A stretch of 64,000 nucleotides of DNA from Desulfobacterales bacterium (GCA_041299705.1 JBGLNM010000001.1:3814-67813); one strand, 5' to 3'; shown: positions 54,360 to 63,626, numbered from the stretch's first letter. Notes: generated from the sequence alone by a model not told the origin. Numbers and translations are program-made.

Positions 54360-55727
54360 ATGAAGAGGCTGCTGCTCCAGGCATTGTCCATGTCGCTCGT
54401 GCGCCGCCCCTCGAATTTGCGGCGGGAGGACCGCGAATCCCGTCAGGACCGGCGGCTTCGGCATCTCGTCCTCCACGCCTACCGCCATGTGCCCTATTAC
54501 CGCCGTCTCTTCGACCGCCACGGCCTCAGGCCCGAAACCATCCAGGGGCGCTGCGACCTGGAGCGCATCCCCATCACCTCCAGGCGCGACCTGCAGTCGC
54601 TGCCGGACGGGGAGGTTCTTTCCCGGGGCAGCGATCCCGCCCGCATGCTGACCTTCCGCACCAGCGGATCCTCGGGCATGCCCCTCACCATCCGCAGGGC
54701 GCCTCTCGAGCAGTTGGTCCTGCGCTCCCTTTACATGCGGGCCATGAGGGACCTTGGGCTGAAGTTTTCCAGCAGCATCGCCGTTGTCGCCAGCGGTCAC
54801 ACCACCGATCCCCGCAGGCATCCGCTGACCTGGCGCCTGTTTCAGACGCTGGACCCCCGTCGCCGGGCCCTCGTCGACGCCCTGCTGCCCCAGGAGCGCA
54901 TCCGCAGGCTGCTGAGGCGGTTTAGGCCGGACGTGATCGTCGGCTATGCCGGAACCCTGGCGCGGGTGGCCGAGGCGCTCACCCCCGAGGACCGCCGCCT
55001 GATCCGGCCGAGGTTTCTCAAGGCCGACTCGGAGGTTCTGACCCCCCTGATGCGCGCTCAGATAGCGCGGGGCTTCGGCGCCCAGGTCTACGAGATGTAC
55101 GACAGCCACGAGTTCTTCACCCTGGCCTGGGAGTGCCCGGCGACGGGCGAGCTGCACGTGTGCGGCGACGGGCTGATTCTGGAGGTTCTCAAGGACGGCC
55201 GGCCGTGTGCGGAAGGGGAACGGGGGGAAGTGGTCGCCACCGGCCTGCACTCCTACGCCATGCCCTTCATCCGCTACCGCCTCGGCGACATCGTGACCCA
55301 GGGATCCGCAACCTGCCGCTGCGGCCGCCCGTTTGCGACGATCCGATCCGTCCAGGGCCGGATGATCGACCATTTTCCCCTGCCCGACGGGCGCCTGCTG
55401 CACCCCTACGAACTCGTCAGGGTCCTGGGCGCCCAGGCGGCCGGGTGGATCGGCCAGTACCAGCTGACCCAGGAAAGGAAGGACCGCGTGGTCCTGCGCC
55501 TGGTGCCGCGCTCGGCGCCGCCGCCGGACGGGCCGGCCCGGTTGCAGAGCGCCCTGAAATCGGTCCTGGGGCCGGATGTGGCCCTGGAGGTCCTGCTGGT
55601 TCCCGGCATCGATGTGGAGGCGAGCGGCAAATTCCGGGTTTCGCGCTCCCTGATCGTTTCAGGCTACGACGGGATCAGCTGGAAATCCGACGGCGCGGTG
55701 CCTCCGTCGGCAGGTTCACCCCAATAA
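54360..55727 (+). CDS. PaaK / coenzyme F390 synthetase-family adenylate-forming ligase
   Basis: 455 aa from the ATG at 54360. YYRRLFDRHGL.., FRTSGSSGMPL and ..YRLGDIV.. motifs. Confidence 0.8.
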   Translation: MKRLLLQALSMSLVRRPSNLRREDRESRQDRRLRHLVLHAYRHVPYYRRLFDRHGLRPETIQGRCDLERIPITSRRDLQSLPDGEVLSRGSDPARMLTFRTSGSSGMPLTIRRAPLEQLVLRSLYMRAMRDLGLKFSSSIAVVASGHTTDPRRHPLTWRLFQTLDPRRRALVDALLPQERIRRLLRRFRPDVIVGYAGTLARVAEALTPEDRRLIRPRFLKADSEVLTPLMRAQIARGFGAQVYEMYDSHEFFTLAWECPATGELHVCGDGLILEVLKDGRPCAEGERGEVVATGLHSYAMPFIRYRLGDIVTQGSATCRCGRPFATIRSVQGRMIDHFPLPDGRLLHPYELVRVLGAQAAGWIGQYQLTQERKDRVVLRLVPRSAPPPDGPARLQSALKSVLGPDVALEVLLVPGIDVEASGKFRVSRSLIVSGYDGISWKSDGAVPPSAGSPQ

Positions 55728-55737
55728 CGATAACCCG

Positions 55738-56631
55738 ATGCGTGACACTCGGTTTAAACATATGAAAAGGCGGCTTGCCCCGGCCCAGTTCGGATTCTCG
55801 CTGATTGAGGCACTTGGGGAGCCTTGGTCCCTCGCAAGGGCCGAGAAATTCATGCGCGAAGCAATTGTTTCGCGCTGCGCCAATTTTTTGGCCATGTGCG
55901 ATTGCCATCTGTTCGCCACCCCCGGCAATCCTTATCGGAGGCTTCTCGACTGGGCCGGCTACTCCCGCCAGCGGCTCGCGGACGCCTTGAACCGGCAGGG
56001 TCTGGAAGCAACCCTTGTTGAATTGGCTGCCAGCGGGGTCTTCCTGGACATCGATGAATTCAAAGGCAAAAAACCCGTAATACGCAAGGGGTTACGCCTG
56101 ACGGTGGATGCCTCCGCATTCGACAGAGCCGAGGCGCCTTCGGTGACCATTCGCAGCAGCGGGTCGCGAGGCACCGGGATGGAGACCCGCATCGGCATCC
56201 AGGGCCTCAGGCATCTGGCGACTTGCATTCCGCCCATGCTCAGCTACCTGGAAGCCGACCACCTTCCGGTCGTCCTCTACTATCCCATGCCCTCCGTCGC
56301 GGGCATCGTACACCTGATCATTTATTCACTGGGCGGGAGGCCGCCTGCCGCCTGGTTTACGCAGTTGGAAGCCGCGGGTTGGTGGCGCAACGGGCTCGGG
56401 GTGAAGCTCGCGGCGATTCTGTTTTTTGCCAGGCTGCAGGGGGTTCACCTCCCGGCCCCGCGATTTGCGGACATTCACCGCCCGCTTGTCATGGTCGCCT
56501 GGTTGAAGCAGAATTGCCCCGAAGGCGCCGTGGTCTCGACGTTTACCGGATCTGCGATGCATCTGGCTCAGGCCGCTGAATCGGCACATATCCTTCTGCC
56601 TCCGCTGACTTTCATCGTGGGCGGGGAGCCG
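55738..56631 (+). pseudogene. Second F390-synthetase-like / adenylate-forming family gene, 3'-truncated
   Basis: ..IRSSGSRGTGMETRI.., ..TFIVGGEP, then loss of frame continuity. A weaker family call than for 54360-55727. Confidence 0.5.
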
Positions 56632-56633
56632 CG

Positions 56634-56834
56634 GACATCATCCGACGCTACGGCGGCCGCATGGTCAGCATCCTGACCTCATACGAGAATGTTCCGGCGG
56701 GCTACCGCAAGGTCTACATCCGCATGCATGGCGTCGAACGGTCCCGGCTGAAGAGCCTGAAGGAGGAACTCACCCGGACCGCCACCCTGTTGTACCTGGT
56801 CGACCACCGCGAAAACCGGCGGGAGATCTTCTGA
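56634..56834 (+). pseudogene. 3' fragment of an ACT-domain-type (CBS/ACT, AcuB-like?) protein gene
   Basis: ..DIIRRYGGRMVSILTSYENVPAGYRKVYIRMHGVERSRLKSLKEELTRTATLLYLVDHRENRREIF, stop at 56832-56834. It is in a different frame from the preceding gene. Confidence 0.45.
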
Positions 56835-57000
56835 AACCGCAGGGCTGCGGCCTGGCGGCGGCTTGCAGGCGAGAGGCTCTTTACACGCTGTAAAAGATTC
56901 CGACAGAAGCGATCTGCGGAGGCCTCCCGGCGGAGCCGCGAGGACCCGGCAATCGGTGTGATCTCAATGCATTGAACTCCGGCCGGGCCTCCTCAACCGC

Positions 57001-57016
57001 TGGCATATCTGTTGCT
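57001..57016 (+). promoter_or_regulatory. Sigma54-type -24/-12 promoter upstream of the usp gene
   Basis: TGGCAT-atctg-TTGCT matches TGGCAC-N5-TTGCW at 10 of 11 defined positions, 90 nt upstream of the ATG at 57106. Confidence 0.55.
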
Positions 57017-57105
57017 GTGGGATAACCTCAGCCCGCCTTTCACCCAGCAGCAGCCGGGAGGACGGCCGGGATTCCGCCTGGGCCTTAAGCAGAAAGGAGA
57101 CGACC

Positions 57106-57561
57106 ATGCATGACTTCAAGAAAATCCTCTTTCCGTTGGACCTGTCGGAGTCGTCGGCGAAGATCGCGCCCTTCGTGAAGAGCCTGGCCAGCCGCTACGA
57201 CGCGCGGGTTCACCTGCTCTTCGTCGCCCGGGTGTTCGATTATTTCACCAGCATGTACGTGCCCCATCCCTCGGTCAGCCAGTTCGAAAAGGAGGTGATC
57301 GAGGGCGCGGAGAAACGCCTGTATGAGTTCGCCGACGAGAACTTCGCCGCCGCTGCGGGCACCAAGACCCAGGTCGTGGCCGGAGATCCTTCCGAGGAGA
57401 TCCTCGGTTACATCGCCGCCCACGGGATCGATCTCGTGGTCATGGGGACCCACGGCCGCAAGGGCCTCGACAAGGTCATCTTCGGGTCGGTCGCCGAGCG
57501 CGTGGTCAAGTCCTCGCCCGTTCCGGTGATGGTGGTGAATCCGTTCAAAGCAGCGGACTAA
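57106..57561 (+). CDS. Universal stress protein (UspA family)
   Basis: 151 aa. KKILFPLDLSE.., ..DLVVMGTHGRKGL..GSVAERV signature. Confidence 0.9.
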   Translation: MHDFKKILFPLDLSESSAKIAPFVKSLASRYDARVHLLFVARVFDYFTSMYVPHPSVSQFEKEVIEGAEKRLYEFADENFAAAAGTKTQVVAGDPSEEILGYIAAHGIDLVVMGTHGRKGLDKVIFGSVAERVVKSSPVPVMVVNPFKAAD

Positions 57562-57610
57562 GGCTGCCGTGCGATGGAGGGTGGAGGGAGAGATGCGGTG
57601 TTCCTACAGA

Positions 57611-57768
57611 GGGTTCGGGGTTCAGGAAAAAACCAGCACTGGGCGCCTGATTACCAAAGAGCAAATCCATCCGAGCCGGAGGAAGCAGAAGGTTAATGCG
57701 CCTGTTCTTGCAGGTCTTCTGAACCCTGAAACCCGAACCCCGAACCCTGATCTCTGAACCCCGGAACC
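57611..57768. repeat. Inverted GGGTTCR heptamer arms enclosing ~95 nt
   Basis: The left arm GGGTTCGGGGTTCAGG (57611-57626) is complementary to ..CGAACCCCGAACCCTG.. in the right arm (57719-57768). At least 13 bp are perfect. Confidence 0.7.
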
Positions 57769-57820
57769 ATTTCAGGCGCTGCCAGCCGGCATGTTCGCCA
57801 AGCCGAGGAGGCGGTGAGCG

Positions 57821-58243
57821 ATGACTATCAAAGGGCTGATTCTGGTGGTCGACGACGATCCGGACATTGTGGCGACGTCGCGGATCATCTTGGAAAGCCA
57901 CGGGTATGAGGTGCAGACGGCTTCCAGCGGCAGGGAGGCCATGGATCTGCTTGCGCGCTGCAAGCCGGACCTCATGCTGCTGGACGTGATGATGGCATCC
58001 GACACCGAGGGATTCGACCTGGCTTTCAAGTTAAAGGAAGACCCGGAATTCAAGGACCTTCCCATCATCATGCTGACGGCCTTCCTCGAAAAGGTGCGCA
58101 CCGAGGGGCCCGGCCCATTCGAATTCATCCTGGGCGAGCAATGGCCGGTGGAATGGCTGTTCGAAAAGCCGCTGGATACGAAAAAACTGCTGGCCAAGAT
58201 CGAGGCGATTTTCAAGGCCAGAAAAATCGTGCCCGGCGGCTGA
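57821..58243 (+). CDS. Stand-alone response regulator receiver protein
   Basis: 140 aa. LVVDDDPDIV..LLDVMM..PIIMLTA receiver motifs. No output domain. Confidence 0.88.
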   Translation: MTIKGLILVVDDDPDIVATSRIILESHGYEVQTASSGREAMDLLARCKPDLMLLDVMMASDTEGFDLAFKLKEDPEFKDLPIIMLTAFLEKVRTEGPGPFEFILGEQWPVEWLFEKPLDTKKLLAKIEAIFKARKIVPGG

Positions 58244-58310
58244 GCGCCGCCGGGGGCGATTCTGAGCGGATGGTCACCCCAACCGACTCCACGCAGAAGG
58301 AGGGCCGGTG

Positions 58311-60176
58311 ATGGATGCGGTGGCGCATGACGCGGACCTCGGCGCCGACTGGGAGGAGATCTTCAGGCTCTCCTGGTGGCCGGTCCGCATCCGCTGGGGG
58401 GCGGCATTCGGCCTGCTGGCCGCCGTCGCCGCGGCGCGGGCCGCCGGGGTCGTCCTGGCGGTTGGGGGGTTTGTTCTGGCCGCCCTCATCCTTCTCACCG
58501 GCAACATCCTGATCTACCGGCGCCTCTCACGGCCGGCAGGCATGCAGTCCCGCTCCGACCGCAAACGCCAGCGCCTGGTGACCTGGCAGGCGGCCATCGA
58601 CGGCGCCGCCCTCTGGGTCGTCACCTATTTCAGCGGCGGCGCGACCAGCCCGCTGGCGCTCGGCTTTCTGCTGCCGATCTTCTTCGTCGCAATGCTGCTG
58701 CCCGCGCGGGCGGCCTTCGCGTTTTGCGCCGCCGTCCTGGCCGCCCTGTCTTTCATGGCGCTGGGCGAGTTCTCCGGCTGGCTGCCGCATCAGTCCGTTT
58801 CCTTCCATGGCGCCGACCTCGTTCCGCCCCTGCACCCGCTGCAGGCGCTGGGGTCCCTCGGGACGCTCGGCGCCGTGGCGCTGCTGAGCGTGCTCCTCGC
58901 CGGGTGCGCCCTCGGCGGCCTGCGGCGGCAGGTCCAGGACCAGGAACACCTCCGGCAGTCGGAGGAGGTCTTCACCCGGCGGCTGCAGGGGGCCTTCTCC
59001 ATCCTCGATACCATCGGGTCGGTGCGCGACCTGAACCGGCTGCTGGAGACGGCGGTCTCGGAGGTCGCGCTGGTGATGCAGGTGAAGGGCGTCTCGGTCA
59101 AGCTGCTCAGCGACGACGGCAAGTTCCTGCGGTATGCGGCCGCCTTCGGGCTGCCGGAGCGCATGCTCCAGGAAAAGGTCGTGGAGGTCGAGCGCAGCCC
59201 GCTCAACCGGCGCGTCATCCAGGGCGAGCCCTTCGTCACCGGCCAGGTCACCGCCACCGAGATGTTCCAGTTCGGCGAGACGCTCTCGGAGGCGCACTTC
59301 AGGTCGGTGCTCTTCGTCCCCCTGACCCTGGAGGGACGCGTGATCGGCATCCTGGGGGCCTATTGCGAGAAAGCGGACCGCTTCGCCGCGGAGGAGGTCA
59401 GCTTCTTCCGCCTGGCCGCGCGCCTGGTGGCCGTGGCCGTGGAGAACGCCCGGGCCTATGAGGCCGTTACCTCCATGAGCCATGAGCGCACCTGGTTCAT
59501 GATGAAGGTCGCCCACAACCTGCGGGCGCCGCTGGCGGGCATGCTGAGCATCCTCGAGGTCGTGCGCGACGGCTACCTCGGACCGCTCAACGACCGCCAG
59601 GGCGAGTACCTGCGGCGGCTCGACCGCCGGGCGCGCACGATGCTGGCGCTGATCAACGAGCTGATGACGCTTTCCCGCAACCGCCAGCGCCGCGACGCCG
59701 ATTCCGGGGTCACCGAGCTGGAGGCATTGGCGCGCCGCGTGCGGCGGACGTTCCAGGACAAGGCCGCCGAAAAGCGCATCGGCTTCCAGGTGAGCCTGCC
59801 GGAGGAGCTTCCGGACGTCCGCGGACGGCTGGAGACCGTGGAACAGATGGTCGAGAACCTGGTGTCCAACGCCATCAAGTATACGCCCGCCGAGGGGTCG
59901 GTGGAAGTCCGCTTCAGCCGGGCCAACGGAACCGTCCGCATCGAGGTGAGCGACACCGGCATCGGCATCCCCGCGGCGGACCGCGCCAAGCTCTTCACCG
60001 AATTTTTCCGGGCCGAGAACGCCAAGGCCATCGAGGATGTCGGCACGGGTCTCGGCCTCGCCATCGTGAAGGAAATCGCCGATCAGCTCGGCGGCCGTAT
60101 CTTCGTGGAAAGCGAAGAAGGTGCCGGCACGATCTTCGTGGTGCACCTGCCGATTGCAGCGGCGGCGACAGCGTAA
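58311..60176 (+). CDS. Membrane sensor histidine kinase (TM, GAF, HisKA, HATPase_c)
   Basis: Several N-terminal TM helices. GAF-like region. H-box VAHNLRAPLAG. DTGIGIP and GTGLGLAIVK motifs. ATG at 58311 (GTG at 58308 is also possible). Confidence 0.88.
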   Translation: MDAVAHDADLGADWEEIFRLSWWPVRIRWGAAFGLLAAVAAARAAGVVLAVGGFVLAALILLTGNILIYRRLSRPAGMQSRSDRKRQRLVTWQAAIDGAALWVVTYFSGGATSPLALGFLLPIFFVAMLLPARAAFAFCAAVLAALSFMALGEFSGWLPHQSVSFHGADLVPPLHPLQALGSLGTLGAVALLSVLLAGCALGGLRRQVQDQEHLRQSEEVFTRRLQGAFSILDTIGSVRDLNRLLETAVSEVALVMQVKGVSVKLLSDDGKFLRYAAAFGLPERMLQEKVVEVERSPLNRRVIQGEPFVTGQVTATEMFQFGETLSEAHFRSVLFVPLTLEGRVIGILGAYCEKADRFAAEEVSFFRLAARLVAVAVENARAYEAVTSMSHERTWFMMKVAHNLRAPLAGMLSILEVVRDGYLGPLNDRQGEYLRRLDRRARTMLALINELMTLSRNRQRRDADSGVTELEALARRVRRTFQDKAAEKRIGFQVSLPEELPDVRGRLETVEQMVENLVSNAIKYTPAEGSVEVRFSRANGTVRIEVSDTGIGIPAADRAKLFTEFFRAENAKAIEDVGTGLGLAIVKEIADQLGGRIFVESEEGAGTIFVVHLPIAAAATA

Positions 60177-60188
60177 GGAGACGACATC

Positions 60189-60674
60189 ATGACCGAGACC
60201 GGGACCCCCGCGGATGCAACCGCGGATCTCACGCAACTGGAACCCATCCTGAACGAATACCGGGGGCAGAAAGGCGCCTTGATCCCGGCGCTGCAAAAGG
60301 CCCAGAAACTCTACGGCTACCTCCCGCCGGAGGTGCTGCGGCGGCTCAGTGCGGGTTTGCGCGTGCCCCTGAGCAGGATTTACGGCGTAGCGACCTTCTA
60401 TTCCCAGTTTTACCTGAGCCGCCGCGGGCGCCACATCGTCCGCCAGTGCGACGGCACGGCCTGCCATGTGCGCGGGGCGGGGAAAATCGTCGAGCGCATG
60501 GAACAGGACCTCGGCGTCGCGGCCGGCGGGACCACGCCCGACTACCGCGTCACCTGCGAGGTGGTCTACTGCCTGGGGTCCTGCGGCCTGGCGCCGGTAG
60601 CCGTGGTGGACGAGCAGACCATCGGCAAGCTGGCGCCGGAGAAGATGTCCGCCATTCTCAGGGGGTTGGAATAA
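60189..60674 (+). CDS. NuoE/HydC-type thioredoxin-like [2Fe-2S] subunit
   Basis: 161 aa. ALIPALQKAQ..VATFYSQF..CDGTACHVRG..CLGSCGLAP signature. Confidence 0.88.
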   Translation: MTETGTPADATADLTQLEPILNEYRGQKGALIPALQKAQKLYGYLPPEVLRRLSAGLRVPLSRIYGVATFYSQFYLSRRGRHIVRQCDGTACHVRGAGKIVERMEQDLGVAAGGTTPDYRVTCEVVYCLGSCGLAPVAVVDEQTIGKLAPEKMSAILRGLE

Positions 60675-60682
60675 GCAATGAA

Positions 60683-60795
60683 GGGTTCGGGGTTCAAGAT
60701 TCAGGTTACAGGGTTCGGGGTTCAGGGTTCAGGGAGACCGAAACGCCGTCGATTAAACCTGTTTTTTTCCTGAACCCTGAACCCTGAACCCTGAA
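60683..60795. repeat. GGGTTCA heptamer hairpin between the nuoE-like and nuoF-like genes
   Basis: The left arm ..GGGTTCGGGGTTCAGGGTTCAGGG (to 60734), a 34-nt loop, and the right arm CCTGAACCCTGAACCCTGAACCCTGAA (60769-60795). At least 15 bp are complementary. Confidence 0.8.
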
Positions 60796-60812
60796 ATGAG
60801 AGGAGCGAACCA

Positions 60813-60920
60813 ATGTCCAAGCTCATGAGCATCGACGATTTCAGGAAGCTGCAGGAGGATTCCCGGCGCAGCATCCGCATGCGCACCAAGACCGGCACGC
60901 GGATCATCGTCGGCATGGGG
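60813..60920 (+). pseudogene. 5' fragment (36 codons) of a NuoF/HydB-type subunit gene
   Basis: MSKLMSIDDFRKLQEDSRRSIRMRTKTGTRIIVGMG is the usual start of the 2Fe-2S N-domain. The expected ..TCGIAAGA.. does not follow. Confidence 0.6.
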
Positions 60921-60921
60921 C

Positions 60922-61047
60922 GAGACCATCGTGGGTGTCGCAGGCCCGGCGGCCGCCCGTCAGCGTTGCGGCGTGATCGTGGCGGATACCCACGCCAAGG
61001 TACTGGAGATCCTGGCTGCCAACGGCTTCGATCCCTCCGGCGCCTGA
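60922..61047 (+). pseudogene. 3' fragment (~41 codons) of an unidentified gene
   Basis: ..GETIVGVAGPAAARQRCGVIVADTHAKVLEILAANGFDPSGA, stop at 61045-61047. It is in a different frame from the nuoF-like start. Confidence 0.4.
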
Positions 61048-61061
61048 TCGGACACGAGACC

Positions 61062-62441
61062 ATGGAACCCGATACCACCGAAAGCCTCTGCCCGGTTTGT
61101 CTGAACCGCATCGGTGCGGAACGGGTCGCCTGCGGCGAACAGGTGCAACTGGTCAAAACCTGCCCCGAGCACGGGGAATTCAGGACGGTCATCTGGAACG
61201 GCCGCCCGAGCCTGGGGGAATGGCAGCGCCCCAAAACACCGGTGCTTCTTCGCCCCTTCCTCCAGGAGACGCTGCGGGGCTGTCCCTTTGACTGCGGGCT
61301 CTGCCGTGAGCACCGGCAGCGCTCCTGCACCGTGCTGCTGGAGGTGACCCGCCGCTGTAACCTGCACTGCGCCGTGTGCTTTGCCGGGTCTCATCCGGGG
61401 GACGCGGTCGATCCCAGCCTGGCGGAAATCCGCGGCTGGTACCAAAGGGCACTGAGCATGGCCTCCGGCAGCAACATTCAGCTCTCCGGCGGTGAACCCA
61501 CCGTGCGGGATGACTTGCCTGAGATCGTTGCCGCCGGCCGCAAGATCGGCTTCGGCTTCATTCAACTGAACACCAACGGCATTCGGCTGGCAACCGACAC
61601 CGGATACATGAAGGCCCTCAAGGACGCCGGCCTTGCCAGCGTCTTCCTGCAGTTCGACGGCATTGACGACGCGGTGCACCTGAAACTGCGTGGACGGGGA
61701 TTGGCGGACGTGAAACGCCGCGCGATCGATGCCTGCGCCGGCCACGGCGTCGGGGTCGTGCTGGTGCCCACGTTGGTCCCCGGAGTGAATACCCACCAGA
61801 TCGGGAGCCTGCTGCAGTCGGCCATCGGCCTCTCCCCGGCCGTGCGGGGTGTGCACTTCCAGCCCGTCAGCTATTTCGGCCGCTACCCGCAGCCGATAAA
61901 CGGCGCCTCCCGGATCACGCTGCCGGAACTGATGGCCGCAATCGAACACCAGTCCGCCGGGATGTTCAAGGCGGCGGACTTCCGGCCGCCCGGCTGCGAA
62001 AACGCCTGGTGCTCGTTTCACGCCGATTATATCATCCTGCCGGGCGGCACGGCCCGGCGGTTGCAGGCGTCGAGCCCTTTGTCGGGATGCTGCACGCCGA
62101 TTCCGGCCGAGGAAGGCGCGCTGCGCACCATGGCGCACGTTTCCCGGCAGTGGGCGGGGCCGAACAGCGGAACAGCAGCCCCTGGCCCGCCCACGGCCGG
62201 CGACCCCGGTTGCGTTTCGGATTCACCCAGCGGCGGGCCGATGCGGCTGGACGATTTCCTCGACCGGGCGCGTTCCCACACGTTCACGGTCTCTGCCATG
62301 GCCTTCCAGGACGCCTGGACCATTGACCTGGAGCGGCTGCGCGACTGCTGCATCCATGTGCTGGATCCGCGCCGCGGCCTGGTTCCGTTTTGCGCCTACA
62401 ACGTCACCGCCGTCGATGGGAGGGCCTTGTACCGGCAATGA
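61062..62441 (+). CDS. Radical SAM protein with an N-terminal zinc-ribbon-like CxxC...CPEHG region
   Basis: ATG at 61062. CPVCLNRI..CPEHGEF. CxxxCxxC (RRCNLHCAVCF). QLSGGEPT. 459 aa. Confidence 0.8.
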   Translation: MEPDTTESLCPVCLNRIGAERVACGEQVQLVKTCPEHGEFRTVIWNGRPSLGEWQRPKTPVLLRPFLQETLRGCPFDCGLCREHRQRSCTVLLEVTRRCNLHCAVCFAGSHPGDAVDPSLAEIRGWYQRALSMASGSNIQLSGGEPTVRDDLPEIVAAGRKIGFGFIQLNTNGIRLATDTGYMKALKDAGLASVFLQFDGIDDAVHLKLRGRGLADVKRRAIDACAGHGVGVVLVPTLVPGVNTHQIGSLLQSAIGLSPAVRGVHFQPVSYFGRYPQPINGASRITLPELMAAIEHQSAGMFKAADFRPPGCENAWCSFHADYIILPGGTARRLQASSPLSGCCTPIPAEEGALRTMAHVSRQWAGPNSGTAAPGPPTAGDPGCVSDSPSGGPMRLDDFLDRARSHTFTVSAMAFQDAWTIDLERLRDCCIHVLDPRRGLVPFCAYNVTAVDGRALYRQ

Positions 62442-63626
62442 ATGCACTGCGCATCACCCCCCTGGATCGCTGGATCAGAAGCCGAATCGGCCTCGATCCG
62501 GGAGACTGCTTCACGCGCGAGGACGTGAGGCGCCATCAGCTGGGAAAACTTCGGGAAAGCCTATCGTATGCATCCCGGCACAGTCCGTTCTATCGCCGAC
62601 AGTTTTCCGGGTGCGCCGGTTTTGCCATGGCGGATTTTCAGGGGTTTGCGTCTCTGCCCTTTACAACGGCGGAAGATATCGTACGCGACCCGCTCGAATT
62701 CCTCTGCGTCTCCCAGTCGGACGTGGCGCGGGTGGTTACGATCCGGTCGTCAGGCACCACCGGATTACCGAAGCGGTTTTTTTTCAACGAGGCGGACCTG
62801 GAACTGACCGTCGATTTTTTCCAGCACGGCATGTCCACCCTCGTGCAGGCCGGGCAGCGGGTGCTCATCCTGATGCCCGGCGGGTTGCCGGGCAGCGTGG
62901 GGGATTTGCTCGTCGAGGGACTCGCTCGCATGGGAGCGATAGGCATCGTTCACGGGCCGGTCCAAGACTCCGAGGATGCCATCGATGAGATCCTTGCCCA
63001 TCGGGTCGAATGCTTGGTAGGAATTCCCGTGCAGGTCCTCGCCCTGGTCAGGCACCCCAAAAGCGCCCGCATCCCGCGGGGTTTCATCCGCAGCGTGCTG
63101 CTGAGCACCGATTACGTACCCGCATCCATCGTCGCCGATATTGAACAGACGTGGGGTTGCAGGGTCTATCAGCATTACGGTATGACAGAGATGGGATACG
63201 GCGGCGGGGTCGAGTGCGACGCCCATGACGGCTACCATCTCCGCGAGGCCGACCTGTTCGTGGAGATCGTCGACCCGGCGACCGGCAGGACGCTGCCGGA
63301 CGGCGTTTCCGGCGAGGTGGTCGTCACCACGTTAACCCGCCGCGCCATGCCCCTGATCCGCTACCGCACCGGCGACATGGCCCGGTTTCTGCCCGAGTAT
63401 TGCCCCTGCGGCAGCACCCTGCGCCGCTTGAGCAAGGTGCAGGGCCGGTTGGCGAACGGGGCAACGCTGGGGCCGTTGACCCGGCTTCACATGGCGGCTC
63501 TCGACGAGGCGATTTTCGCCATCCCGGAAATCCTCAATTTCCAGGCGGTGCTGATCCCTGTGAACGGCTTCAGCCGGCTGAGCCTAACGGTCCACTGCGA
63601 CCCCTGCCGGTTTCCGGACACCTTGG
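62438..63626 (+). pseudogene. PaaK-family AMP-dependent ligase, 3' end cut by an adapter remnant
   Basis: ATGA overlap with the radical SAM stop codon. ..IRSSGTTGLPKRFFF.., ..YRTGDMARF.. motifs. Similarity is lost at ~63626. Confidence 0.75.
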
